Origin: Podarcis melisellensis
Taxonomy: Eukaryota
NCBI GenBank assembly: GCA_964234715.1
Contig: OZ174284.1
Direction: 5' to 3' (one strand)
DNA length: 64,000 nt
A program made the translations under genes and the position numbers. Below, piece after piece: positions 25,327-37,907 of the stretch; the first letter of the stretch is position 1; the number at the start of each line of letters is the position of its first letter. A model generated the notes under the pieces. It saw nothing but the letters and a program-made list of their open reading frames with translations, did no database searches and was not told where the DNA came from.

Positions 25327-27173
25327 GTAGTATGCTTTTTTGCTTACATGTAATTAAATTACCAATTTTAACATCATGTCTGTTTAGAAAATGAGTGTAT
25401 TCTTTGACCTTGCGATATTCATACAGGGTATAAGTGAGCCTCTGCCGACTAAAATCCTAAGCCAGTATTTGGGCATATGAATGCCATGCTTCCTAGGAAT
25501 AGGAAAAGGCAAGTCCATAGGATGGTTGTGATGGATCCAGAAGAAAGCAGGATATCAAAATTCCTTACTGGAGTCCCTGTCCCACCAAGTTAGGACTCTG
25601 TATTCCAGTGGGATGTCCTTGACAGAAGTTCAGATGGATTTGGGTAGAAGCTTAACTTAAAACACTCACAGGTTTTTATATCAAAATACAGTGGCTCTCT
25701 TAAGTCAGTATAGAAATCTGGGCAGCAGACTGTTCCAGACCTTCAAATAGAAAAATATATGTTCTAGTACACTAGGTGTGCTATGGTATCTGTTGCCACT
25801 CCCTGTGGTAAGACTTCCCACTACCAAAGTATTTAGCAGGAGCAATACAAGAGTTCCTAGTAATTCTTAAAGTTATTGTTGTTCCTATGTATCTTAATGA
25901 CAACCCTGGATTAGAATCCTAAAAATAGGAGATAGAACAGGACTACTTCAGATTGTGACTAAATCAAACAAGTGCACAGATCTCCGAGTATAGAGCAAAA
26001 CCATGAAAATACTTCCATTAATAACTTCAGATTAAATTTACAGTGCCATTTTAGATACACACACATCTTATACTGGATATTTTGTTGTTCAATTTGTGGT
26101 GTGTATAAAGTAAATACCAACATTAGTTATAATCAGCTGTCACTTCATTAAAAGTTTTACCTTATCTAAAACATCTGTAATGAAGTAAGCAGAATGTGCT
26201 TTATATAATAATGTTCTCAAAATATACAGGAGTTATGAGATTGTTATGATACATTTATATTCCTATCCAGAATCTAAATACATGCAACTCTGGACTCTTT
26301 AATATAAAACCTTTAAAACTAAATACCATATATCATGTTGCATAAATTATTTGATACTATAATGGTATTTAAAAACTTGTTGCTCTGTATGAAAATCTTT
26401 TAAGAACTTGAGATATGGTGAAACATAAGTGTTCTCTTACTTTGGGACATTGATAAGATAGTCTTGACTACAGATCTGAGTATTTTGTATTTCAGACAAA
26501 TTGTTTATTACTTGATAGATACACTATTTTTAAAATGCAAGTGTTAAATATTGTAGTTGTCATTCTCAAGATAAAATATATTTTGTGCGCTGACATTTGT
26601 TTTGATGAAATGTTTTCACCGACAGCATCACAACAGTGTTATGCTCAGTTTTTTCTATATGGAATACAAATAATTTATGTATCCACCCATAAGTAACTGA
26701 TCTAACTGCAGACGATAAAAATCACCAAAATACTTAATCTTTTGTAAACTCTGCAAGCTTTTCCATCAGTATCGTCATCAGTTTCTTTGATCTCTAATTC
26801 AGAGTTTCAGTGTCGGCAGTAAACAACAGTAGGAAATTCTGTTTCGCAATGGAAAGGAGAATTTTTTTGTTTCAATTTAATTGAGATTGTTGATTGCAAA
26901 TGCTGTAAGACTTGTGTATAGTATATAAGACTTGTCTAGTGGGTGTAGGTGACAAATACAAAGCTTCTGTTTGAGGAAAGTTAAAGTAAGGGAGGTATAT
27001 TTTTGCTAGGTGAAGCTAGAAGTACAAGCTCCACGTGGTTACATTCTTGGTATCATGACATGCATGAGTAGTAGAAGCAACAACAATAGTAACATTGTGT
27101 TCAAAATTCATATTAAAGATTGATAATATGAAAAGCGTGTTACATTGTATGCATATAAAAATCTGTTGAACAG

Positions 27174-27267
27174 ATACGGAAACCGGTGAGGTCCAAACAC
27201 TGTGGTGTGTGCAATCGATGTATAGCCAAGTTTGATCATCACTGCCCCTGGGTTGGTAACTGCGTAG
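27174..27267 (+). CDS. ZDHHC17: ZDHHC17 exon 13 ([32 protein letters not shown]), catalytic DHHC cysteine-rich domain
   Basis: DHHC motif read directly; aacag acceptor and G|gtaagt donor; 94 nt. Confidence 0.98.
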
Positions 27268-28175
27268 GTAAGTACAGACAAGGAATAGAAAATTTCCATC
27301 GTGTTTAGCTTTCAATCTCAAATAGTATGTGCATTTAGCATAGCACGGTTTCTTAGTATTCATGTATTCACCACTGCTATCAGACCAAGAAGATGCCAGA
27401 CATTTTTTATTCTATAGTTTAGAAGCATAAGCAAGCTCAGCCCAGCCTCTTGACCTCCAACGGTCTTCGTCACTGGGAGCTAAAGCAGTATAGCAAATGA
27501 ATACAGCAGAGACCAGGGTTGTTGTTTTTTGTGGGAATGCAGATTTTTCATGTGAATGTTTGGTAGGTGATCTTGAAGCAAGTATGGTCACAAATCTTAG
27601 TGACTGTGAAGCTAAGACACAGTCTTTAAGCTTTGCATTTGATGCACTTCTAACTGGATTCATCTCAACAGAATGCCTGAGCATTTTTAGAGAACTGATT
27701 TCATATAGTGTTGGTCTTTTTTTCTTTTACAATTTTATGATGCATTAATAGTTTTATTGTGTACCACTTTCATTTTTTTGAGTTTGTGGCTTATAAATAT
27801 TCAAATAAATATATAAATTTCAGGGTAATATTAGTATTCATAAGCAAATGAAATAGTTTTATTTTGGAGGAGAAAAGGTTACTGGGCTGAAGGTCAGCTT
27901 TTTATTGTATATTTGCATATTGCATATTTATGCTCACTTATTCATTTACTTCTTGAATACTTCCCAATTCTTTCCCCAGGGGAGCTTGTGCTTTATTTGC
28001 AAAGCATGTGATGAACTGCATTGCCATGCTGAAATAAGACCCTTCTAGACTCTTCTAGTCTTGTGGCAGGGAAAGCTATGCTTTATATATTATATATTAC
28101 TAGAAGCACACTTTCTGGCCTCTTGTTAAAATGGCATAAAAAACAAATACATTTACTTCCATTCTTTCTTCTCAG

Positions 28176-28259
28176 GAGCTGGCAACCATCGTTATTTCAT
28201 GGGCTATCTATTCTTTTTACTATTCATGATTTGCTGGATGATTTATGGATGTATCTCTT
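28176..28259 (+). CDS. ZDHHC17: ZDHHC17 exon 14 (AGNHRYFMGYLFFLLFMICWMIYGCIS-Y)
   Basis: ttctcag acceptor and T|gtgagt donor; 84 nt; NHRYF motif. Confidence 0.96.
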
Positions 28260-28507
28260 GTGAGTATTGTTTCCTGAACCATTTTCATAATGCCTAGTTT
28301 AAGTCCTACTGTGCCTGCAATGTTCTGTGTGAACATTGGCCTATACCTTGATTGTTGCCTGGTAGGGTTTTTCTTTTCTCATAAAAAATGCTTTTGGAAA
28401 TGTTCCCCATGCAACATGCCCTGTATTCTGCAGGCTCATGTTCAGAAACATTTTCTAATCCAATGATATCATTTTCTAATCCAATGATACGTATTTTTTA
28501 ATTCCAG

Positions 28508-28665
28508 ACTGGGGAATCCACTGTCATACTACTTACACAGCAGATGGATTTTGGACATATATTACACAAATAGCCACCTGTTCACCTTGGATGTTCTGGA
28601 TGTTTTTGAATAGCGTGTTTCACTTCATGTGGGTGGCTGTGCTGCTAATGTGTCAGATGTATCAG
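28508..28665 (+). CDS. ZDHHC17: ZDHHC17 exon 15 (WGIHCHTTYTADGFWTYITQIATCSPWMFWMFLNSVFHFMWVAVLLMCQMYQ)
   Basis: ttccag acceptor and CAG|gtagga donor; 158 nt. Confidence 0.96.
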
Positions 28666-30437
28666 GTAGGAGAAAGCACTTAATATGCCAACAAGCAGGG
28701 TTGCATTCAACAGTGTTGCTCACTGACAGTAAAGCAGTAAGGCCAGTTGAATAGGGACAAGAGAACTTTCCCCACCCTTCCCCTTGCACCCAGCCTCCTA
28801 AATCTGCTTCAGAGGGATGGGAGATTCTCCAGAGCAGATTTGAGGTTGAGGGAGGGCTGCAGAGGAGATGGGAAATCACTGAAAAGTGCTTACCTCCTCA
28901 TTCTGCTGACAGAAACCTTCCTGAGAATCCGGGGGTTGATTCCATTGCATATGTGAGGATCTGAATGCATATTGAAGCCCTTGCCTGTTTCTCTCTTTAA
29001 TGCAAAGCATCAAACTTGAAATGCACTTATTTCCCAAACCTTTGGGTGCCACCCGGTTTGATTGCCAGCACTATGGAACTTGGTTGGGTTTGGTATACAA
29101 AAATGTTGAAAAAAATAAGTGGCTAGTTTCAAATCTGTTTTCATGTATCTTTTATCATAAATGATCATGAGTGACAGAAACACACAGGAGAATAGAAAAG
29201 ACTTGGCGTCAAGTACATATTGGATGCAGCTGTTCTGCTGGCAAGGAATTTGCATCACTGAAACCCAATTGACTGTTTTTACACAGTCAATAAAGACTTT
29301 ACCCAGGCAAGTTCAGAACATGCAAAGTCTCACTAAAGAAATTGATCCGAGTAGCCATTAGTGTTTGAGGGTGAGGGTTTGCTTAGATAATGAGGGTCAG
29401 CAATTAAGACACAAAAAGAAACTATTGTTAACTGGGACGTCCTGGCATGTTCCCTCACTTGCAGAAATGGAGGAGCTAAGCTCTTTCTTATCTTGGATTA
29501 TTAAGATGTACTATGATAATCCAAGCACAGCCTATTTGTGCCAGTGTCTCAAGATAACAGGCAAAGTAATATAACACTAACAATGTTTTGTCGGGTAGGA
29601 ATAGGAAAATGTTAACATGACAGAGTCTCTTATGGTAAACTTTCTCTTTAGCAGGCCCAAAGTTACTGCTTGACTGTTTTTGAAAATAAATCATTGAACC
29701 TGTTAACTCACAGCTATTATTAAGTTCATCATGGTTCAGAGCAACCATCAGTACACATCCAGTGTATCAGAGAGGTTTTTTGTGCATTAACAGCAAACTC
29801 TGTTAGCATGCAATACAGAAAAAAGTATTCCATTTAGCTCTAACTTGTTTCATCTTTGTACTAAGCTGCCAAAGGTGGTCTTGAAGTTATAGCAGAACAG
29901 TTCTGGCTTCAACCTCCACTTTCTGCAGGGATTGCCTATGCTATAGATTTACCTATAGGGGTTTTAATAGTGCATCTTATTCCAGTGGGCTTTAAGTCAC
30001 TACCTGTCAGCTGATAGGTTCTCACTTCAAGGCCATTTGGATTCACTGCACTATTGAGTTCAACAGGCAGTTTGCTGTGCTGTGGAGTACCCCATGAGAA
30101 GCTGCATAGCACAATCTATACCAGCAGGCCTGCTGATCCCAGGAGACAGTCGATTGGTGGTGATAGTAAGTCTCCCTTGCTAATTAGCATTTGGGAAAGT
30201 GCTTTAAGGCTCCCTATTGTACATTGGCAGCTGCATCTCTCCCTCCTCCACACCTGATGCGTATATAATATCAGATGTGGGCAGATGGACATGGTGGAAC
30301 CACCTTGTGGACCAAATTGGGACCTGTGCCAGGCCTAATAAGACCTATGGGCTGGAAGTTCCCCATGCCTCCTTTAGCGGGTTTATATACTACATCTTCA
30401 AAGATTCTGAATATTTCCCCTCCTCCATTTCTCCCAG

Positions 30438-30532
30438 ATCTCTTGTTTAGGTATTACTACAAATGAAAGGATGAATGCAAGACGATATAAGCACTTTAAA
30501 GTTACAACAACATCTATCGAAAGCCCATTTAA
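30438..30532 (+). CDS. ZDHHC17: ZDHHC17 exon 16 (ISCLGITTNERMNARRYKHFKVTTTSIESPF-N)
   Basis: ctcccag acceptor and AA|gtaagt donor; 95 nt; TTxE motif. Confidence 0.96.
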
Positions 30533-31339
30533 GTAAGTACATAAAGAAACATGGAAATGTGTTAATACAAACGCGCAGGTGGTATTCACAAGTGAGGGAA
30601 AGCTTAAATGGCACAGGTGAACTGGTGCTGGGTTGTTTCCCCCCTTCCCTAAAAGGTAGCCACAGAAGATGTGAATCTCCTTCCACATGTTCCCAGGAAA
30701 GCAGCTGATTTAGGGGTGTGATCTTGATTGGGGAAGCTGTTTGAAGGGTATCAAAGTTTTTGTTGTTGTTGTTGTATAGTTACCTGCTCTGGAAATTTTA
30801 TACAAATTGAAATATGGACAACAAATAACTGGAACGTGAGCAGAAACACATTTCTCTTTTAGCACCCCCAAATTCAAAACAAATCAAAATTCTAAAACTA
30901 AAAAGCTGACAGTTTTCTCTCTCCCTCATACATATGCATACCTATGCAAATATTTACCATTTCATATTGTTCACATACTTGGATTCTCTTGGAAGCTAAT
31001 ACGCCATTAGTACTGACATGCACAAAAAATCCTGGCTACCTAGTAACTTTCAAAATAAACATCATCATAAATGAAAGATTATTCCTTAGAAAAAAAATAC
31101 TTCAGAGTACACAGACATCTGCTTTCTCTTTCCCTAATTTGGTCCCATTTTCTCTTCTCTACGACCCCATTAATAATTGACAAAGACTCCTACATTTTCT
31201 TCTTTCCCCAAACCTCTTTGTCCCGTTCACCCTGCCTTATTCTTCCTCTTGTGTATCTTTCTTCCTTTGGAATTAAGGGTACCAATAGTATGATCAAACA
31301 GCAGCAATTTGATAACATCAAAAAGTAAAAGTCTAATCA

Positions 31340-31930
31340 GCACTCTGGTTGCACAGGCTGCAGTTTCTGGACTGTCTTCAAAGGCAGCCCTACATATAAG
31401 AGTTTTCCAGTAGTTTTCTAAATGAGGTTACCAAGGAGGAAGCCACTGAAGCCGGATTATCCATAAGGAGTGGGCCATGCTATAAAGGCACTCAAGCCAT
31501 TGAGACCACTTTTGTCTCTGGCGATAGTAATTGATCCATGAGAACCCGCAAACCACAGACCTGAACTTTTAGGGCAGAGCTTTCCAAACCGTGTGTCATG
31601 ACCCATTAGTGTGTCAGCTGCAGTGTGTAGGTGTGCCATGCAAACACTCCCTACGCTCCTCCTGGGGAAATGGGTTAGTTTAACCTCCAGTTTGCTAATA
31701 AAACTGAATTACTGTGCTGCAAAATAATGCATGTCTAAAAAGTGTGTCACCAACATAAAAAGTTTGGAAAGCTGTTTTAGGGGGAACATGACCATATCCA
31801 GAGCTGTTGAAAGCAGCATCCAGAGACTTATAGAATATCTGATGAAATAGTGATCATACCCTCATTTGTGGGAGTGGCCAGACTGTGCAACCACATTAGA
31901 TATGTGAATTGTGTTCCATCAGAACCAGTT
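31340..31930 (-). mobile_element. Degenerate L2 fragment split by a hAT MITE
   Basis: The reverse complement resembles the L2 region (ttggtaacctc...tatgtagggctgcctttgaagacagtccagaaactgcag) also present at 3380 and 46490. Confidence 0.6.
31575..31774. mobile_element. hAT MITE (200 bp)
   Basis: TIRs CAGAGCTTTCCAAAC / GTTTGGAAAGCTG; perfect 8-bp TSD TTTTAGGG (31567-31574 and 31775-31782). Confidence 0.9.
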
Positions 31931-32292
31931 CTAGCCAATTTAAATGGGTATTTGTAATATCTCACATGTGCTATGTAACCAGTCCTTCCCCAAACCCAAT
32001 ACACTAGGTCAGAAGTATTATCCCCATTATAAAGGGGGCAGATAAACTGAAGCCAAGAAATCATAGCTTTCCTAAAGCTTCCTATTGAGAGTTTACAACC
32101 CTGTGTGGCTTTTTGGTTGATAGCTGACGCTTTTCACTCCTCGGTAGCAGTGAATGGTTCTGTAAGTATCCACAAGCACAGTTATATGTATTGGGGCAGG
32201 GGGGGGGGGAGTCCTCCTTAATGATGACTAACATTGTTGCACTTGCTGGACTAACATATATTTATATAACCATTTTTGTTTGTATTTTTTAG

Positions 32293-32431
32293 CCATGGAT
32301 GCATAAGAAACATTATAGACTTCTTTGAATTCAGATGCTGCGGTCTTTTTCGTCCTGTTATTGTGGACTGGACAAGGCAGTATACAATAGAATATGACCA
32401 AACAACTGGAAGTGGCTACCAGCTAGTGTAA
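32293..32431 (+). CDS. ZDHHC17: ZDHHC17 exon 17 coding part (HGCIRNIIDFFEFRCCGLFRPVIVDWTRQYTIEYDQTTGSGYQLV*)
   Basis: tttttag acceptor; TAA at 32429-32431; exons 2-17 sum to 1806 nt in one open frame. Confidence 0.97.
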
Positions 32432-33949
32432 CACCCACCTCCAAACCTGTGAGCATATCGTATCTGAGTGGTGCCTGAAAATTTGTTTCTCTCAAATCCA
32501 CATCCCTTGAACAGTAGCATGCTATGAATAGAGCTAACAGTGAATCTAATGGTACCTTCTCTACATCAGTTTTATTAACAGATGTAATCAAAGGACAGAA
32601 TAAACTGCCAATCCTGACAATGAGGAGGAAGATGAGAAAAGGATTTTAACTGTCCTTACCGTGGGAATGATTCACAAAGACATATTCACGCCATTTTCTT
32701 TCCTTTTAACTGCTTTCACAATGGAGCATGAGATTGTTAAAATACAAACATACTAAAGTCATGCTGTGCTGAACATGAAATATTTATTTCATAATTTGAA
32801 CAATTTCATTGGAATTAAAGTCAAATTTTACAAAGCAGCCAGACTTTGAGATCAATGTATTATATTTCCTGTAATGGAATTTTTGTACAGATTTGCTATA
32901 GTATTATGTGCATTGAAAATGTGCATTCAGTACTCCGAAGAATCATGTGGTCTTATTGGGAATCCACCATAAAGCGTGAAGTTGTTGGAAGCAGGACGCA
33001 GAAGGATGTTAGTCACAAAACTGTTACGTAAATGTAATGGCTGTTGGCAGTTAAAGCTGTCTTGTTTCCGATATATTGAATTACTCGTAATAAGCCTTGT
33101 GTGAAGATGTATATTTGGGGAGGGTGGGTGAAGTTGCACAAAATTACATCTCGTCCAGTATAAAGCCCTATTTAGGTGCATGATACGACTTTTGAAAATT
33201 AGACCACAAAACAAAATATAGCATAATAATCTGCAAAAACTAAATAAAAACATATATTATATGCAGTCAGTGAAATGCTGGTACCTAAGTAGTAGGTACA
33301 GTTCTGCATGATGTAGTCTACAGTCATTGGAGGATGTGTGAAGTCATGTAGGTGGAACCAAAGAGTGAAAGGGCCAACTCTCAGTAATAGGGGAGCGGGG
33401 AAGGATATGACTGCAGTTAAATTGAATGTGGCTGCTGGAGAAGTAAAAACTGATTAACAAGTAACTCTTTTGCGTTACATAAAATGATGGAATTCAAGCT
33501 AAAGAAAGTTATAATTCCTTTGTAGCAGATTTAAGTGGGGGGGGGGGAAACATTACATGGCTTCTTGAAGAATATGGTAATGGCAAGTGGGAAAACACCC
33601 TTAACTTTTGTTTGTCTCAAAGTTACCAGAACCAGATATATTTGAAAGGTAAGGAGTGGTATGAAGTTGCATTCCAGAAGAGTTTTATGTTGTTGAATGT
33701 GATGCACTGATTTTATGTTACAGCATTTTTATATATTCCTTGTGAATTATTCACTGCTTCCTTAACTATTGTTTACAGAGAGACTCGAAAAATCGGTTAA
33801 GTTCTCTTTTTAAGTGCTGTAGCAACATAGTGGTTCGAGAATCCTGTGAGGGGGATTTGGGGAGGGGACCTTAATACAGATGATCGAGACCAGTGTAAAG
33901 AATGTTTATCTGTATATACATAATTTATCAAATAGTTTTCTCTTTGTGA

Positions 33950-33981
33950 GTGTGTGTGTGTGTGTGCGTGTGTGTGTGTGT
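33950..33981. repeat. (TG)n microsatellite in the ZDHHC17 3' UTR
   Basis: Seen directly; one CG interruption. Confidence 0.95.
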
Positions 33982-35296
33982 TAGTATATTTAAAAGCTGC
34001 TCATTTCATTTTATCCAACCAAAAATGTAGGAAGATATCTAATGGGCTTGTTAGTAATGATCAATATTGCTGTTAATAGGCACTGTACCCTGCAACTTCA
34101 CTGCATGTTTGATGCTTGGCAAAACTAGCATTTCCTGTAATATGCAGATTACAGGTATTAAAGCAATCTAGTGGTATTCCCGCCCCTTGCCTTAGTAAGA
34201 GGAGCAGTGAAACTGTAAATAGTTGATGTTCAGTATTTTCAAGTAGGCATTTTCCCTCTAGCCGTTTCTTTGATCACCAGGTGTGCATAGTTTGCAAGTA
34301 CCAGATACCAAGATTTACAGAATTGCAACATTAGTGTACTTGAATGTTTCATACTGGAAAAATTCAACCTTGTCTTTGACACACTATTTTTGAGGGAAAG
34401 AGAATGAAGTTGGGTGCAGGGATGGCAAAAGAGGCCTGTGCCATTTTGTCAGATACAACTTAGAACTATAATAAGAATATATTATTCTTACAACACTACT
34501 TGTAAACTTTAGTTTCAAGCTGAACATGTTTGAGCAGAGCCATCTATTTCTTATTTTACATTACATGGAGTTGACTCCCTTTTGGAGAAAGTGTAGCTCT
34601 GCAGAATCTCATTTGATGTTGAAAGCCCTCCGTAATCTATTTGCTAAATATATTTCATAGCTCCAGAAAAATCTGTGTAACATACATCTATATTTCTTTT
34701 GCAAGTTACAGTAATGTGCACATATGGATTCCTTGTACAAATAATTGTGTCCTTGATAGTGAAAATAAATCCTACTTCAGTTGAGCCAAAATACTTGGGT
34801 GTAAATTTTGCTTAACTCTATGCTGCAAAAAGAAAATATAATGGAGTTAGAATTGCCCAGAAGAAGGTTCTACATCTGAGGCAGCTAGAATAATTCTAGT
34901 AGTCTGAAATACTGAACGGTTTTTTTCTGAAATCTGGCAATTTATCTATGCAGCATTTTTTTTCTACCAAGAACTCTGTTATTTATTGCAGCAGACCACA
35001 CCATTCTAGAGGGCTGCATGAAAGCGATCCAAATATACTGGATAGATATTCATTGATCTATTCAGAACAAGCAAATGAAAAATTTGTTTCTGCCCTAGAT
35101 AAGCTATTTTCTTTTTGCAGGTTTTAAGTTTCTCAATGCTCTCTTAAGTTGTTTTAACAGGTAATATGCATAAGAGCATCATTGTTTAAAACTGAGTATT
35201 TTTTTAATTTACCTTATTTATAACTGTGCCAAGCATTATTTTACTACTGTCAAAATGTTGATGTATTACATGGTGAACAAAATCTGTAAAATGTTT

Positions 35297-35302
35297 AATA
35301 AA
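35297..35302 (+). terminator. ZDHHC17: Likely distal polyadenylation signal (AATAAA) of ZDHHC17
   Basis: AATAAA preceded by TGTA and followed by a U/GU-rich tract (ttgtcattttttgt); a second AATAAA lies at 35357. Confidence 0.55.
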
Positions 35303-37738
35303 AATAGCACTCCTTACATAAATTAAAATTGTCATTTTTTTGTAAGTTATTAATCAAATAAATACTTGTCTCCTAGATGCTAGCATTTGTCTTTACTTCA
35401 GTAAGAGTTTCTTGTTCTCCTGCTTAGAACACTCAGGAACTTACTCTTAGGAGATTGGCTCCTTTTCTGCTAATTAGGAGGTTACTCCAAAGAGCCCATT
35501 GCTACCTCAGTAAGTAGACTAGCGAAGCATTTTTTTCCAGCATTGGAGTTAAACTTTGCATGTTGGTGACACTTTGTAGACATGCATCATTTCACCACAC
35601 AGTCCTTCGGTTTTCCAGCCTCTGGAGAAGTGCAGGGAGCGTTCATGCAACACACCTACACACTTAACATGTTGAGAGAAACAGTTTGGGGAGCTCTGAT
35701 CCACAAGTTATTCTTAAACCAACTTTGTACTTTCCCTCTCCCACCTGCCCTCCAGCCTTTGAGAGCCAAGATCATGCAGGAAGGCTTTAATAGCAATTAT
35801 GCTCTACAGGAGGGGTGGGCTAGTTGAATCAAGAACTGGTCCAGGCCCTGCACTGCACCCACCTGATATCACAGGGAGAAGAGGTGATTCAAAGTTAAAG
35901 CCGTGTCTCTTCTTTTGCACCCCCAGCCTGAACTGAAAGCTGGGGAGGCAAAAGAAGAATTTCTGAGGTGGGTGACAGAGCTGCTTTTTGCTATGAAAGA
36001 ATAGTAACACTTACTGTGGTGCTTAGATTGGGAACAGCAGATCTCTAGTTTGTCAGGTAGATGCAGTTTGGCCAAAATGACTGGTTAAGTAGTGAAAATA
36101 GCTTTAAGTGTTGTTATTGCATAAGCATTTCTTGCTCTTATTGTATATGCCCTTGGCCTCGATTTGTTAATTATATGGTTGTAGGAACACAGAGTTAAAG
36201 AATAATTAGTACTCTGATTTGGGATCCTTGTTCAGAATTGTGCTGTGAACACAGATGACGTTGAAAGGAGATATGAAGTCATTTCTTTGGCAGCCTAACC
36301 ATTTATTGTTGAGACATGCATACTTTGTCCTTGCTTCAAAAATTTCAAAATGACCCACATGTACATAAGCATACCAAGCAAACTCGCATGATTAACAAAA
36401 AGCAAAATAGCATCTTGGCTTGAAATAAAATGTCCATTATCCCAGTTCATACTGCAAAAATAGCAAAGCCCATAGTTCATATATACTTAGATATCTAAAA
36501 TCTCTGTAGTGAAGTCTACTATGGAGTAGGGATATGGGAACAAGTTACCAAATGAATAAAATCTGACAAAAATGGTTTGTCTATAACACAAGAATAAACT
36601 GTTTAACAAGTGAAACTTTAGTTTCCCTACGCTTTCTAGTTACTGTCCTGTCTGCTTCTTCCCCTGCCTCATCCACAATCTTGAAGATACCTTAGTAATT
36701 GGTTGGAAGTACTGGTCCCTTTGCAGAAGTCTGAATCACAAATGACATTTTTGTTACTGTGTATATTCCAAAATGTCATAACCCTGGCCAATTATGGATA
36801 GAGCAGCAATAGTTGTAGGGCTAACTCTACAAGCAATTCAGAACAACAGTATTCAAAGAGTAATAACAAGATTTGAGGCCTTCTAGAAGTTACTCCAGAC
36901 TCTTAATGTTCTAATAACTGCAGTATTTATCATAGACTTGTATCTTATAGTAAACTTGAGTTCATAGAGTTCCCCCTGTGCTCCATCCAACGTCTTCCCA
37001 AACGGCATGTGCAGCTGAAATGGGAGTAGGGAAGGGAACTTCCTTGTGAGTCAAGCCATGGTTCCCCCCCAAAAAATCTCTCTTTAGGATACCATGAATT
37101 AGAATAGCCAGAGCAGAGATCTACTGCAGAAGATACCTCAGTTGCATTTTTAGAAGTTGCTGCCTTTCTGACATCAAGGTACCTCACATCTGTTGCCTGT
37201 GAAACTACTGAGATGGACAGTTAACATAGTGCTATGATGGCCATTTGCACAAGCCCTGTTCGGGTGTTCATCCCCTATAAAACTGCAAAAGGGGCAGAGC
37301 AAGGGGTGGGTGGTTGTCAGCTTACTGGCCTTAACTAAGCCATTTTCCAATCATTCCCTAGAAGGGAACTTGCTATAATTAGTGGAGTAACACCAGGATT
37401 CTAAATCATGGACTCCATGAGTAGAGCGGGTTCCTGTTTTAGAAGTTACTTCTCCAACGTGGAGTAGGCAAGACCAACGAGCATAATTGGGAAGGTTAAT
37501 GCCTGAGCAGGGCTACTGCAAATCTACAATGACAGACTTGGCTATAATGGATTAACATGCTTTTTACTCCCAGTCTTCCCATTACCTGATGAAGTGCTTG
37601 TTTAGGCAGCAAGCAACTCATACCATGCTTCAAATGTTGCAGCCAAAGCAATATATAGATGCAGATCTGTAGGCAGTAGAAACAGAACAATTTTCTCCAG
37701 GGGGCCTTTCAACACACTAATCTTCTAAGCAAAAAAGA

Positions 37739-37744
37739 TTTACT
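37739..37744 (-). terminator. CSRP2: Candidate variant polyadenylation signal (AGTAAA) of CSRP2
   Basis: First PAS-like hexamer I found after the stop (about 165 nt); I saw no minus-strand AATAAA until about 36307. Confidence 0.4.
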
Positions 37745-37907
37745 GAACCCAATTGACAGTGCATGTAAAAAGTGTGCTTTTAAGGCTTGAGAAAATGCAA
37801 TACTTTAAGACAAGCAACAACATAGGACACTAGTTATCAGTTTCACAGTAATTAGTGGCATTTAAGTTGTAACTATAGAACCATTTCAGTGCAATGGCAC
37901 TAACGAA

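Larger units (their letters stand above)
32432..35325 (+). other. ZDHHC17: ZDHHC17 3' UTR (about 2.9 kb; end inferred)
   Basis: Transposon-free AT-rich tract after the stop codon; AATAAA at 32599, 33243, 34764, 35297 and 35357. The true end needs RNA data. Confidence 0.65.
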
